Shown: positions 17,799 through 26,998, counted from the stretch's first letter. The stretch is 64,000 nt of DNA from Dehalococcoidia bacterium (GCA_965232815.1 OZ247427.1:3609602-3673601); one strand, 5' to 3'. A program made the numbers and translations. The notes: generated by a model not told the origin, from the letters alone.

Positions 17799-17987
17799 CG
17801 CCCCGCAGCATCGCAGAACGCGCCACCGGTCGTCCGGCCGGTCTTGCGCTGCACGGAATCCAGCCCGAATTAGAAAACAAATTCCAAAATTCCGTGTCAA
17901 AAACGCATTGACTTCGAACGCCCGTTTCGTAGAACATACAGCCAACACAAATGCGCTCCAAACCGCGCTGCAGGAGTATTGACTGTT

Positions 17988-18287
17988 ATGTTCACCAACG
18001 CCAGTATCATGGGAGCCACCACCGCCATCCGCACCACCACCATCCCCGACCGTGGCCGCAAGGTCTACTATCGCGGCTACATGATCCACGGTGAAATCCC
18101 GGGTATGTCCTATGTCATTTATGGGCGCAACCAGTTCGGTCAGGTCGCGGAATTGGGCGCGGCACGCACCTTTGAATCCGCCATGCGTTGGGTCGACCGC
18201 CATTCATTCCAGATGGGCAGCGTGATGCCCGTGGACACCCAGGGCCCGGCCGTCGCGCCTGCTGGACACCTCCCCGCGGCTGCGTGA
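17988..18287 (+). CDS. Hypothetical protein (~99 aa)
   Basis: ORF MFTNASIMGATTAIRTTTIPDRGRKVYYRGYMIHGE... with non-repetitive composition. GGAG lies 11 nt upstream, and a TTGACT...TAGAAC promoter-like pair sits near 17909. No family recognised. Confidence 0.4.
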   Translation: MFTNASIMGATTAIRTTTIPDRGRKVYYRGYMIHGEIPGMSYVIYGRNQFGQVAELGAARTFESAMRWVDRHSFQMGSVMPVDTQGPAVAPAGHLPAAA

Positions 18288-18302
18288 TGCGAGCGTAAAT
18301 CG

Positions 18303-19022
18303 TTGGTTCAGGACCCCGCAAAACTCATCACTTACCGTCGGGTCATTGACCTCAGCCATCCCATTGCGCCGGGTATCCCGGTTTGGCAGGGCGACCCGGC
18401 GGTCGCATTTCACGACGTTGCCCAGCGGGACCGCCACGGCTACTTCCTCCGCAAATTCAGCATGGGCGAGCACAGCGGCACCCACCTGGCCTCTCCATCC
18501 ACGTACTACGACGATGGCCCCGGCCCGGACGACGTGCACCCGCACTCACTGGTGATGCCCGCAGTCTCCATCGACGTCAGCGACTCCGCATCGCGGGATC
18601 CCGACTACACTCTCTCCGCCAGCGATATCGCAGAGTGGGAACGTCGCCACGGCCAGGTTCCGGTCGGTTCCGCCGTCCTCATCAACACCGGTTGGTACCG
18701 TTTCTGGGACTCCCCGCAGCGGTTCATAAATGCCGACACCGACGGCGTAATGCACACCCCCGGATTCGCCCTCGAGGCCGCTCGCTTCCTCCTCGAATGG
18801 CGGCACGTCGCCGGCTTGGGCATCGACACCCACGGCATCGACTCCGGAACGGACACTGAGTTGTCGGTTAGCAGGCTGGCCCTCGCGCGTTCCGCGTTGG
18901 TCCTCGAGTGCCTCAACAACCTGGAACTACTCCCGCCGACCGGCGCAACCATAGTCGTCGGGCGGCTGCGCCTCATCGGCGGCAGCGGCTCTCCGGCCGG
19001 CGTCCTCGCCCTCGTCCCCTGA
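18303..19022 (+). CDS. Cyclase family protein (arylformamidase/kynurenine formamidase-like)
   Basis: DLSHPIAPGIPVWQGDP...MGEHSGTHLASPSTY matches the HxGTHxDxP cyclase-family motif. 239 aa, with an apparent TTG start. Confidence 0.8.
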   Translation: MVQDPAKLITYRRVIDLSHPIAPGIPVWQGDPAVAFHDVAQRDRHGYFLRKFSMGEHSGTHLASPSTYYDDGPGPDDVHPHSLVMPAVSIDVSDSASRDPDYTLSASDIAEWERRHGQVPVGSAVLINTGWYRFWDSPQRFINADTDGVMHTPGFALEAARFLLEWRHVAGLGIDTHGIDSGTDTELSVSRLALARSALVLECLNNLELLPPTGATIVVGRLRLIGGSGSPAGVLALVP

Positions 19023-19096
19023 ACCCACCTACTTTCCCAAAATCCCATAACCCACACTCAGCCCCATCACCCACTCCCAATCCCGTCGCCCACCCC

Positions 19097-19123
19097 GTCA
19101 TTCCTGCGGAAGCAGGAATCCAG
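19097..19123. repeat. REP-like palindrome, 'gtcattcc(c/t)gcg-gaa-gc(g/a)ggaatcc' family
   Basis: gtcattcctgcggaagcaggaatccag with an 8-bp stem attcctgc/gcaggaat. Other copies are at 23243-23269, 24620-24644 and 39745-39768. Confidence 0.6.
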
Positions 19124-19200
19124 TCCCCCCAATCGTCTATCGCGCCGAGAAATATCCACCCAACCTCATCCAGCACCACGCCAGCCCCAAAACCAACATC

Positions 19201-19229
19201 AAAAACCCTCTCCCCGGTGAGGAAGAGGG
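19201..19229 (-). terminator. REP-derived hairpin with U-tract downstream of the DUF336 gene
   Basis: On the minus strand: ccctcttcctcaccggggagaggg followed by ttttt. The forward strand shows aaaaa-ccctctccccggtgaggaagaggg. Confidence 0.45.
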
Positions 19230-19290
19230 TCGAATCCCGCCCCGTACTTGCAACGGGGATTGAGGGAAAAATCTATCGGAGATACGCCGC

Positions 19291-19686
19291 CTAGAGCGCA
19301 GCCGCCCCGGCCGCAGCGCACTGCTCGTCCTCCTCGCTGGTGCCGCCGCCGACGCCGCACGCGCCAACCACGGCTCCGCCGCTGGTGATCGGTACCGCTC
19401 CCTGCCCGAAGATCATCTCCGAACCCGAACGCTCCCTGATCCCGGCCGGCGTCGGCGCCGTCGCCCGGTCCTGCATCTCACCGCTCGCTCGACCGAATGC
19501 CGCCGACGCCACCGCCTTGCCCTGGCAACCGTACGCCGACGCCCAGATCGCGCCGTCCATCCGTTGCAGGCCAACCAGCCGTCCGCCCGCGTCAACCACG
19601 GCCACGCTCACCTTGATGTTCAATTCCTCGGCCTTGGCGATCGCCGCCGCCATGATCCGGTTGCTGTCTGCTAGTGTAAGGGCCAT
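19291..19686 (-). CDS. GlcG/HbpS-like heme-binding protein (DUF336)
   Basis: MALTLADSNRIMAAAIAKAEELNIKVSVAVVDAGGRLVGLQRMDGA...GAVPI..GGAVVGACGVGGGTSEEDEQCA is the typical DUF336 pattern. ATG at 19686 is preceded by GGAGG-aatacaa. The longer 238-aa ORF is an upstream extension. Confidence 0.8.
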   Translation of the reverse strand: MALTLADSNRIMAAAIAKAEELNIKVSVAVVDAGGRLVGLQRMDGAIWASAYGCQGKAVASAAFGRASGEMQDRATAPTPAGIRERSGSEMIFGQGAVPITSGGAVVGACGVGGGTSEEDEQCAAAGAAAL

Positions 19687-19809
19687 TTGTATTCCTCCAG
19701 GTACCGGCCGCTCTGGGCCGGTGATTCGCTCGACATAGTATGTCCGTCGCGGGGCCACGGCAATAGCAACCCTGTAACAACCGGAACCGCCAGCCACGTA
19801 ATCGAAAAC

Positions 19810-19837
19810 GTAGGCGCGAATATTCATTCGCCCGCCC
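19810..19837. repeat. REP-like palindrome, 'gtaggggcgaatRatcattcgcccc' family (degenerate copy)
   Basis: gtaggcgcgaatattcattcgcccgccc. Related copies are at 36218, 43644 and 44541. Confidence 0.5.
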
Positions 19838-20452
19838 TTGGCAACACCACCCCGTCCATCCTGCAAATCGATCTGAAAAAACTCCCCCGACCTAGTGACA
19901 CCCGCCCATTGCCCACATGCGCACCCGCGTTCTATCCTAACTGTGTCAGGTTCCCCGCTCGGTACTCGAGAACCGGACGGGGTCGGCCGCATCGCATGCA
20001 GCGGCAAGCCACCAAACTACCAAAATTGGCGAGGTGTCTAACAGGGTTCGGGTCGCGAAACGGCCTGTCGGTTCCAATGCAGAATCTGGTTCATAAGGGG
20101 CATAGGGTCGCCATTTTCCGCGATCAAGCCCCCTGAACCCGGCGGGTGCCACCACCGCTCCGTGTCGTGGTCTCCGGTCTCAACGATCGGCGGACTGCGG
20201 GACATGGAAGTCTAGGGCAAAACTTTCTGCGCAAAAACAGTGTTGGCCGTGCTCCGACACGCAATCCGAACCCCAAGCCTGACACCAAGAATTCCCAAAC
20301 CAACCAACAACCAACCGGAGGCGAATCCCATTGAAATATGCCCCGCAACCAACATCCCAGCGCGGTTGAATCAACGCCACCGGGACCGACCCAGTGGCCG
20401 GCCCAATGCTATACTGTCTGCCCATCTCCCTCGAGCGGACTGTTCCACCAAC

Positions 20453-21262
20453 GTGTTGACTCGCCGTATCATCCCTTGCCTTGACGTTGACGCCGGCCGT
20501 GTCGTTAAGGGCACCAGTTTCGTCAACCTGCGCGACGCCGGCGATCCGGCGGAATTGGCGTCCCGGTACGACCAGGAAGGCGCCGACGAGTTGGTGTTCC
20601 TCGACATCACCGCCAGCAGCGACTCCCGCGACACCATGGTCGACGTCGTTCGCGCCGTGTCCGAGCAGGTCTTCATCCCCCTCACCGTGGGCGGCGGCAT
20701 TCGATCCATCGGAGACGTCCGCCGCATGCTCAACGCCGGCGCCGACAAGGTCTCCGTCAACACCGCCGCCATCAACACCCCGGAACTCGTCGTCCAGGGA
20801 TCCGCCCAGTTCGGCAGCCAGTGCATCGTCACCGCAATCGACGCCCGCCGCGTCGTCGCCGGCGAGTCCTACCCAGAGCCCAGGGATCCGACCATCGGAC
20901 TCGATGACACCTCCGGCTGGCAGGTCTACACCCACGGCGGCCGCAACCCAACCGGCCTCGACGCCGTCAAGTGGGCCGAACGCACCGTCTCCCTCGGCTC
21001 CGGCGAAATCCTGCTCACCAGCATGGATGAGGACGGCCAACTGGACGGCTACGACCTCCCGCTCACTCGCGCCATCTCCCGCGCCGTACCCGTCCCAGTC
21101 ATCGCCAGCGGCGGCGCCGGCAATCTCGACCACCTCTTTGACGCCTTCACCGACGGCGAAGCCGATGCCGTGCTCGCCGCCAGCATCTTCCATTTCGGCA
21201 CGTATTCCATCGCCCAGGCCAAGGATTTCCTCTCCGGCCGCGGCATCCCCATGCGAACCTGA
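20453..21262 (+). CDS. hisF: Imidazole glycerol phosphate synthase, cyclase subunit
   Basis: [54 protein letters not shown]...LTVGGGIRS. Start is placed at GTG 20453 to match the usual HisF N-terminus; the ORF-track start at 20240 is too far upstream. Confidence 0.9.
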   Translation: MLTRRIIPCLDVDAGRVVKGTSFVNLRDAGDPAELASRYDQEGADELVFLDITASSDSRDTMVDVVRAVSEQVFIPLTVGGGIRSIGDVRRMLNAGADKVSVNTAAINTPELVVQGSAQFGSQCIVTAIDARRVVAGESYPEPRDPTIGLDDTSGWQVYTHGGRNPTGLDAVKWAERTVSLGSGEILLTSMDEDGQLDGYDLPLTRAISRAVPVPVIASGGAGNLDHLFDAFTDGEADAVLAASIFHFGTYSIAQAKDFLSGRGIPMRT

Positions 21263-21278
21263 ACCTACTACCGAAACT

Positions 21279-21315
21279 CCCTCTCCCCTGGTGCTAGAGG
21301 GTTGGGGTGAAGGGG
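21279..21315. repeat. REP-like element, 'ccctctcccc..agaggg..ggggtgaagggg' family
   Basis: ccctctcccctggtgctagagggttggggtgaagggg directly after the hisF stop. Related copies are at 19206-19229 and 23306-23345. Confidence 0.55.
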
Positions 21316-21339
21316 CGACCCACATTGCGAGGCAAGCAC

Positions 21340-22041
21340 ATGAGCGCTATCACCACCGTAATCTTCGACATGTTCAACACGATAGCGCAGGATGACCACG
21401 AAATGTGGCATCAGTCTTTCCGGCGTATCATCGAAGAGCAGGGGTTGGATACCACTCCCGAAACCCTCCGCCTCGCCTGGGATCAGGGCTCTGACAATTT
21501 CCGCAAGCGCCGCATTGACCCCGACGAACCCTTCATCTCGTACCTCGACGGTTGGGCCGACGCGTTCGCCCGGGCATTCGAGGATCTGAGCCTCCAGGGC
21601 GACCCCAAAGCCGCTTCCCGCCAATCCATACGCGACCTCGCTGGCCGCCCGTTGTTCCCGGACGCCCCCGAAGCCCTGTCCATCCTCTCCCGGAGTCGCC
21701 GGCTGGCCGTCCTGTCCAACGCCGACGACGCCTACCTCAATCCCGTGGTCGCGCGCATCCCCGCCACGTTCGCCGCCGTCGTCTCATCCGAAGGCGGACA
21801 GTGTTACAAACCCGAACCCGGCCTGTTCGAGACCATGCTTGACCAACTCCAGGCCGACCCGTCCGAATGCGTCTACGTCGGCGACAAGCAGTTCGAGGAC
21901 GTCAAGGGCGCCCGTGGCGTCGGAATGTCTGCCGTCTGGATCAACCGGCGCAGCGAACCGACCAATCCCGACCTGCCGGCTCCGGACGCCCAGATCCGCG
22001 ATCTCCTGGAACTGCCCGCCGTCCTGAACCGCCTCCGCTGA
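21340..22041 (+). CDS. HAD-superfamily hydrolase (2-haloacid dehalogenase-like subfamily)
   Basis: Motif I VIFDMFNT (D-x-F-x-T, no second Asp), LSNADD, and motif IV YVGDKQFEDVKGARGVGMSAVWINR. ATG at 21340 has GAGG upstream. The GTG at 21307 lies inside a REP element. Confidence 0.8.
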   Translation: MSAITTVIFDMFNTIAQDDHEMWHQSFRRIIEEQGLDTTPETLRLAWDQGSDNFRKRRIDPDEPFISYLDGWADAFARAFEDLSLQGDPKAASRQSIRDLAGRPLFPDAPEALSILSRSRRLAVLSNADDAYLNPVVARIPATFAAVVSSEGGQCYKPEPGLFETMLDQLQADPSECVYVGDKQFEDVKGARGVGMSAVWINRRSEPTNPDLPAPDAQIRDLLELPAVLNRLR

Positions 22042-22223
22042 CCAACCGCCGGCGAAATATCACCAACAGCTTTGTCCCCACGCACGTGTAGCAGAATTCA
22101 TAAATCCCGCGAGAGCGCGAACCCCGAAACGTCTCCCACGTGCCGCATTGACTGCCGCACCCGTCCGTTCCAACAACACCCCGACAGGAAACCTGCCCCC
22201 AACACGCCGAGGAGTCTCGCCAA

Positions 22224-22847
22224 ATGACCGAAGTAAAGCTGGATGACCGGGGCTTGGTCCCCGCCATCGCCCAGGACATCAACACCGGCCAGGTCCTCAT
22301 GCTCGGTTACATGAACCCAGGCTCCCTGAAGCGCACCGTCGAGGGCACCCAGGTCTGGTTCTACAGCCGCAGCCAGGAGGACCTCTGGCACAAGGGCGAG
22401 GTGTCCGGCAACTACCTCAACCTGCGCGAGTGGTACGTCGACTGCGACGCCGACACCATACTCCTCAAGGTCGAACCCGACGGCCCTACCTGCCACACCG
22501 GCGAGCCTACCTGCTTCTTCACTCGGATGGACGACCTCCCCGAGGAGTACACCACCTCCGAGGGCGGCCCCCGCGTCCTCGACGAATTGTTCGCCATCAT
22601 CAAGGATCGCCAGCGCGAGATGCCCGAGGGCAGCTACACCGCGAAAATCCTCGCCGAAGGCACCAGCCGCGTCGCCCAGAAAGTCATCGAGGAAGCCGGC
22701 GAGACCGCTCTCGCCGCCGCCACCGGCGATACCGAAAACCTCCCCGCCGAAATCGCCGACCTCCTCTACCACACGATGACCCTCATGGCCTCCGCCGGCG
22801 TCTCACCCAACGCCGTCTGGGAAGAACTCCGCAACCGCCGCGGCTAG
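22224..22847 (+). CDS. hisI: Bifunctional phosphoribosyl-AMP cyclohydrolase / phosphoribosyl-ATP pyrophosphatase
   Basis: HisI part: GLVPAIAQD..TGQVLMLGYMN...FYSRSQ..LWHKGE.SGN...DCD.D..L.KV...GP.CHTGE.CFF. HisE part: LFAIIKDRQREMPEGSYTAKIL..G...AQKVIEEAGE. Length 207 aa. Confidence 0.9.
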   Translation: MTEVKLDDRGLVPAIAQDINTGQVLMLGYMNPGSLKRTVEGTQVWFYSRSQEDLWHKGEVSGNYLNLREWYVDCDADTILLKVEPDGPTCHTGEPTCFFTRMDDLPEEYTTSEGGPRVLDELFAIIKDRQREMPEGSYTAKILAEGTSRVAQKVIEEAGETALAAATGDTENLPAEIADLLYHTMTLMASAGVSPNAVWEELRNRRG

Positions 22848-22860
22848 AACAAAAAAAGTT

Positions 22861-23269
22861 TCGCCATTCCCGCCAGAAATTCGACGCTCTAGCAAGAATT
22901 TCGTCATTCCAGCAAGGATTTCGTCATTCCAGCAAGGATTTCGTCATTCCCGCAAGGATTTCGTCATTCCCGCAAGAATTTCGTCATTCCCGCAAGAATT
23001 TCGTCATTCCCGCAAGAATTTCGTCATTCCCGCAAGAATTTCGTCATTCCCGCAAGAATTTCGTCATTCCCGCAAGAATTTCGTCATTCCCGCAAGAATT
23101 TCGTCATTCCCGCAAGAATTTCGTCATTCCCGCAAGAATTTCGTCATTCCCGCAAGAATTTCGTCATTCCCGCAAGAATTTCGTCATTCCCGCAAGAATT
23201 TCGTCATTCCCGCAAGAATTTCGTCATTCCCGCAAGAATTTCGTCATTCCCGCGGAAGCGGGAATCCAG
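22861..23269. repeat. Tandem array of a 20-bp unit (tcgtcattcccgcaagaatt), 19 units plus a terminal complete palindrome
   Basis: Units start every 20 nt from 22861. The first five are degenerate (tcgccattcccgccagaaat, tcgacgctctagcaagaatt, 2 x ..ccagcaaggatt, ..cccgcaaggatt). Units 6-19 (22961-23240) are identical. The array ends in gtcattcccgcggaagcgggaatccag (23243-23269). There are no spacers. Confidence 0.95.
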
Positions 23270-23305
23270 CCAGCGGTAGATCTGAAGAACGCGGCCCGTC
23301 TTGTT

Positions 23306-23345
23306 CCCTCTCCCTTGATGGGAGAGGTCTAGCGTAAGGGTGAAA
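23306..23345. repeat. REP-like element, 'ccctctccc..gggagagg..gtaagggtgaa' family
   Basis: ccctctcccttgatgggagaggtctagcgtaagggtgaa with the stem cctctccc/gggagagg. Confidence 0.55.
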
Positions 23346-23392
23346 ATCCCTTATACCTGTCTCGGGTGGGTCAGACCGGCAGCCGACAATCC

Positions 23393-24106
23393 CTAAGCCC
23401 CATCCACCGTCAAACCCGGTATCGGCTCTTCGTTCGCATACCGCCGCCACGCGCCGTCCCGGTACACCGTAACGTTGCCGCTCCCCAGCGCCGTCGCCCC
23501 GTCCGGCTCTAAAAGCGCACCGGAGCCGCCGTCTATCCCCAAGACCGTGAGGCCCACAAAGTCCCTGCCGGCCAACTGCGCTAGGGTCGCCTCCGGGTCG
23601 CTCCGCTCGTGGTGCGGCAGCGTCATCACGTTCGCCACGACGTTCAACGCAGCCGACACCGGCGATCCTGACGATGGCCTCCGCATCACCGCGCCCAGCA
23701 CCATCGCTCCCGCGCTCGAACCCGCTAGGATGGCCCCGGCGTTGTTCGCCGCCATCACCGCCTCCAGCAGCGGCGACCCGATCAGCACCGACAGCAGATG
23801 CTCCGGGCTCCCACCCGTGAAATAGATCACGTCCGCGCCGTCCAGTTGCGCCGCCATCCGAGGGTTCTCCGCGTCCGACCGCCGGATCACCTCAACGCCA
23901 TACGCGTCCGCCCCCAGTCCGCTGAAGTGCCGGATGCTATTCGAGGCTGCCAGTTGCGGGTTTTCGGAAGCCGCCGCCGTTGGTATGATAGCCACTCGGG
24001 GAGCGTTCTTGCCCGTCAATTCCAGTATGCGGCGGTCCATCCCAACAGCGGCCGGCCGGAATTCCTCGCCACCCACCAGTAGTATCCGCCGTACCAAAAT
24101 CGCCAC
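23393..24106 (-). CDS. Peptidase S51 / cyanophycinase-like (class I GATase-like fold) protein
   Basis: VAIIPTAAASENP...ADVIYFTGGSPEHLL...AILAGSSAGAMVLG is the S51 nucleophile-elbow pattern. 237 aa with an apparent GTG start. Confidence 0.75.
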   Translation of the reverse strand: MAILVRRILLVGGEEFRPAAVGMDRRILELTGKNAPRVAIIPTAAASENPQLAASNSIRHFSGLGADAYGVEVIRRSDAENPRMAAQLDGADVIYFTGGSPEHLLSVLIGSPLLEAVMAANNAGAILAGSSAGAMVLGAVMRRPSSGSPVSAALNVVANVMTLPHHERSDPEATLAQLAGRDFVGLTVLGIDGGSGALLEPDGATALGSGNVTVYRDGAWRRYANEEPIPGLTVDGA

Positions 24107-24146
24107 CTGCCTCTGCTCATCGATGGGAAACCATCAAGGGGGAAAG

Positions 24147-24548
24147 ATGTTCGAATTTATACATCACGTCCGTATACTTGTCCACGACGCCGACGCCATG
24201 GCCGAGTACATGGAGCAGAACTTCGGCATGGCTCCTGTCAAGATCGAAGTGTTCCCCGCTCGGGGCATGAAAAACGCCACCTTCAAGGTCGGCCAGACCA
24301 ACGTCGAATTCACCGAACCCCTCGACCCGGAATCCGCCATGGGCCAGTACCTCAAGACCTTTGGTCCCGGCCCCTACCACATGGCGTTCGGCGTCACCGA
24401 CATCGGCGACAAGGCCGCCGAGCTGGCCGCCAAAGGCAACCAGATGCGTGGCGAAAACGGCATGTCCCGCAGCGCCGAGGGTTACATGACCGCCAACGTC
24501 GACCCCGCCAGCGCACTGGGCTTCCCCTTCCAGATCGCCGAAGGCTAA
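24147..24548 (+). CDS. VOC family protein (glyoxalase / methylmalonyl-CoA epimerase-like)
   Basis: MFEFIHHVRILVHDADAMAEYMEQNFGM...VEFTEPLDPES..G.YL...GPGPYHMAFGV.DI. 133 aa, with GGGGAAAG RBS. Confidence 0.8.
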   Translation: MFEFIHHVRILVHDADAMAEYMEQNFGMAPVKIEVFPARGMKNATFKVGQTNVEFTEPLDPESAMGQYLKTFGPGPYHMAFGVTDIGDKAAELAAKGNQMRGENGMSRSAEGYMTANVDPASALGFPFQIAEG

Positions 24549-24562
24549 TCCCGCCGACCGCC

Positions 24563-24644
24563 GTCGTTCCCACAACCCACCTTCGTTCCCGCTACCCGCC
24601 GTCATTCCCGCTACCCGCCGTCATTCCCGCGAAAGCGGGAATCC
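24563..24644. repeat. Short tandem array of REP half-elements ending in a complete palindrome
   Basis: gtcgttcccacaacccacctt / cgttcccgctacccgcc / gtcattcccgctacccgcc / gtcattcccgcgaaagcgggaatcc. Same family and same architecture as the 22861-23269 array. Confidence 0.7.
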
Positions 24645-24724
24645 AAAACTCCCCCAAAATACTCATCGATCCTGGTTCCGCGCTCGCCACTAACCCCATC
24701 CGCCGGCAGCATCAGGAGGCCATC

Positions 24725-25126
24725 ATGTTCAACTCCGTCCACCACATCCATTACGTCGTCAGCAGCCGCGATGACATGGTCGAATACATCCGCGCCAACT
24801 TCGGCATGGAACCCGAAGATCTCCACACCATCGAGGACCGCGGCATGAAGGACGCCCTCTACCGCGTCGGCGAAACCCTCATCGAAATCACCGAACCCCT
24901 CGACCCGGAATCCGGTATCGGTAAGCACCTCGCCGAACACGGCCCCGGCATATATCACGTCGCCTTCGGTGTGGACAATATCCGGCAGGTCGCCTCCGAC
25001 TTGGCCGCCCGTGGCAACGCCATGCGTGGCGAGGGCGGAGTAACCCAGAGCCCGCGCGGTTACACCACCGCCAACATCGACCCCGCCAGCAGCCACGGTT
25101 TGTGGTTCCAACTCGCTGAGGGATAG
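24725..25126 (+). CDS. VOC family protein, paralog of 24147-24548
   Basis: MFNSVHHIHYVVSSRDDMVEYIRANFGM...IEITEPLDPESGIGKHLAEHGPGIYHVAFGVDNI is collinear with the upstream paralog and the same length (133 aa). AGGAGG RBS. Confidence 0.8.
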   Translation: MFNSVHHIHYVVSSRDDMVEYIRANFGMEPEDLHTIEDRGMKDALYRVGETLIEITEPLDPESGIGKHLAEHGPGIYHVAFGVDNIRQVASDLAARGNAMRGEGGVTQSPRGYTTANIDPASSHGLWFQLAEG

Positions 25127-25202
25127 TGGGTCAAACGGCCTACCCGGTGCTAACATATACCCCTTACCTTCGATCACCTGAATCTTGGTCGGATTACTCA
25201 AT

Positions 25203-26897
25203 ATGCTAGTCAGAGACACCATCGCCAACGCCGTCGCCGCCGCTCTCGAACAAGCCAGTCGCGACGGCGTCATCAGCGTTGATTCCGTGCCCGACATCGA
25301 GATCGAGCGGCCCAACAATTCGGAGCACGGCGACTTCGCCACCAACCTGCCCTTGCGCCTCGCCCGTTCCGCTCGCGCCAATCCTCTCCAGTTGGCCCAA
25401 CTCATCGCGGATCGCATCGAGCTTTCGTCCGAAATCGACAGCGTCGCTCCCGCCGCGCCCGGTTTCATCAACTTCAAGCTCAGCGAGTCCTGGCTGCAGC
25501 AGCAGGTCGAAACGGTGCGCGACGCCGGCGACTCCTTCGGCGCATCCAATGTCGGCGACGGCCGCAAGGTCATGGTGGAGTTCGTCAGCGTCAATCCCAC
25601 CGGCCCGGTGCACGTCGGGCACACCCGCGGCGCGGTCCTCGGCAGCGCTCTGGCCAACACCCTCGCCGCCGCCGGCTACGACGTCACCCGCGAGTACTAC
25701 ATCAACGACGCCGGTTCCCAGATGGAAGCGTTCTACCGTTCCGTCTGGACTCGCTACCGCCAGGCCCTCGGCCGCGACGCCGAGATGCCCGACAACGGCT
25801 ACCAGGGCGACTACATTGCCGACATCGCCTCCGAAATCATCGACGCCAAAGGCGCCGGTTACCTCGACCAAAGCGACGCTACCGCCGTTCGCGAAATCGG
25901 CGACGTCGCCCGCGAAAAGATGGTCACTTTGATCCGCGACGACCTCGACGCCATCGGCGTCACGTTCGACAACTGGTTCAGCGAGCGTTGGCTGTTCCAG
26001 AACCCGGACACCGCGGATAGCGATTACGACCGTGCCATGGCCCGTCTCCGGGAGGACGGCCACCTCGCCGAACGCAGCGGCGCCCTGTGGTTCATCTCCA
26101 CCGCCCTGGGCGACGAGCGAGACAATGTCGTCGTCCGATCCTCCGGAGAGCCGACCTACTTCGCATCCGACATCGCCTACCACTACAACAAATTCGCCCA
26201 GCGCGAATTCGACCGTGTCATCGACATTTGGGGCGCCGACCACCAGGGCCATGTGCCCCGCATGAAGGCCGCCGTCCAGGCGTTGGGCATGGAACCGGAT
26301 GATCTCACCGTCCTCATCTCCCAGATGGTAACCCTCAAGCGCGGCGACGAGACCGTGCGCGCCTCCAAGCGTACCGGGGATTTCGTCACCCTCCGCGAGT
26401 TGGTCGACGAAGTCGGTACGGATGCCTGCCGCTACTTCTTCCTTGCCCGCGCTCCATCCACCCAGATGGAGTTCGACCTCGAACTCGCCACCCGCGAGTC
26501 CTCTGAAAACCCGGTCTACTACGTGCAGTACGCCCACGCCCGCAACGCCAGCATCCTTAACCTGGCCCATGAGCGCGGTATCGATTACAGCCGGGGCGAC
26601 GTCAGCCTCCTGACCCACCCCAACGAACTGGAACTCATTCGCACCATGCTCCGCCTGCCCGAACTCGTCGTGCAGGTCGCCGAGAATCTCGAACCCCATC
26701 ACCTGCCTCACTACGCCACCGAACTCGCCACCGCGTTCCACCATTTCTACGAGAACTGCCGCGTGATCTCAGCCAACGCTGAGGACAACGATCTGACCCT
26801 CGCTCGGCTCAAGTTGGTCTCCGCCGCCCAGGTCGCATTCCGCCGCACGTTGAGCCTCATGGGAATGTCGGCTCCGGACCGCATGGACCGGGATTAA
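25203..26897 (+). CDS. argS: Arginine--tRNA ligase
   Basis: VEFVSVNPTGPVHVGHTRGAVLG carries the class I HIGH motif. GADHQGH, the KMSKS-like SKRTGDFVT and the C-terminal anticodon-binding domain are also present. Start at ATG 25203. Confidence 0.95.
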   Translation: MLVRDTIANAVAAALEQASRDGVISVDSVPDIEIERPNNSEHGDFATNLPLRLARSARANPLQLAQLIADRIELSSEIDSVAPAAPGFINFKLSESWLQQQVETVRDAGDSFGASNVGDGRKVMVEFVSVNPTGPVHVGHTRGAVLGSALANTLAAAGYDVTREYYINDAGSQMEAFYRSVWTRYRQALGRDAEMPDNGYQGDYIADIASEIIDAKGAGYLDQSDATAVREIGDVAREKMVTLIRDDLDAIGVTFDNWFSERWLFQNPDTADSDYDRAMARLREDGHLAERSGALWFISTALGDERDNVVVRSSGEPTYFASDIAYHYNKFAQREFDRVIDIWGADHQGHVPRMKAAVQALGMEPDDLTVLISQMVTLKRGDETVRASKRTGDFVTLRELVDEVGTDACRYFFLARAPSTQMEFDLELATRESSENPVYYVQYAHARNASILNLAHERGIDYSRGDVSLLTHPNELELIRTMLRLPELVVQVAENLEPHHLPHYATELATAFHHFYENCRVISANAEDNDLTLARLKLVSAAQVAFRRTLSLMGMSAPDRMDRD

Positions 26898-26998
26898 GTT
26901 TGGCCGGCGTTGAACCGCCTGTGATGAGTTCGGTGCGCGTCAACCGACCGCGTTCTCGAAATCGGTAACAGACCGAGGCAATCTTGTCGCGGTCTAAC

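Noticed and set aside
19687-20007. N-terminal extension of the DUF336 ORF, which would make it 238 aa instead of 131 aa.
   Set aside because: The extension runs through a REP element and has non-coding-like composition. A GGAGG RBS precedes the internal ATG at 19686, which yields the normal DUF336 length.
21340-22041. The HAD hydrolase between hisF and hisIE as the missing histidinol-phosphate phosphatase.
   Set aside because: Motif I reads D-M-F-N-T, without the second Asp required by HAD phosphatases. It looks more like the 2-haloacid-dehalogenase subfamily. Position alone is not enough evidence.
22861-23269. The regular 20-bp periodic array could be mistaken for a CRISPR array.
   Set aside because: The units are contiguous with no intervening unique spacers. 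The unit is only 20 bp and is a fragment of a dispersed REP palindrome. No cas genes are nearby.
22430-23332. 300-aa ORF whose C-terminal half reads FRHSRKNFVIPARISSFPQE repeated many times.
   Set aside because: It is the translation of the 20-bp DNA tandem array, which gives a 60-nt protein period. Its 5' part overlaps hisIE out of frame. There is no independent coding evidence.
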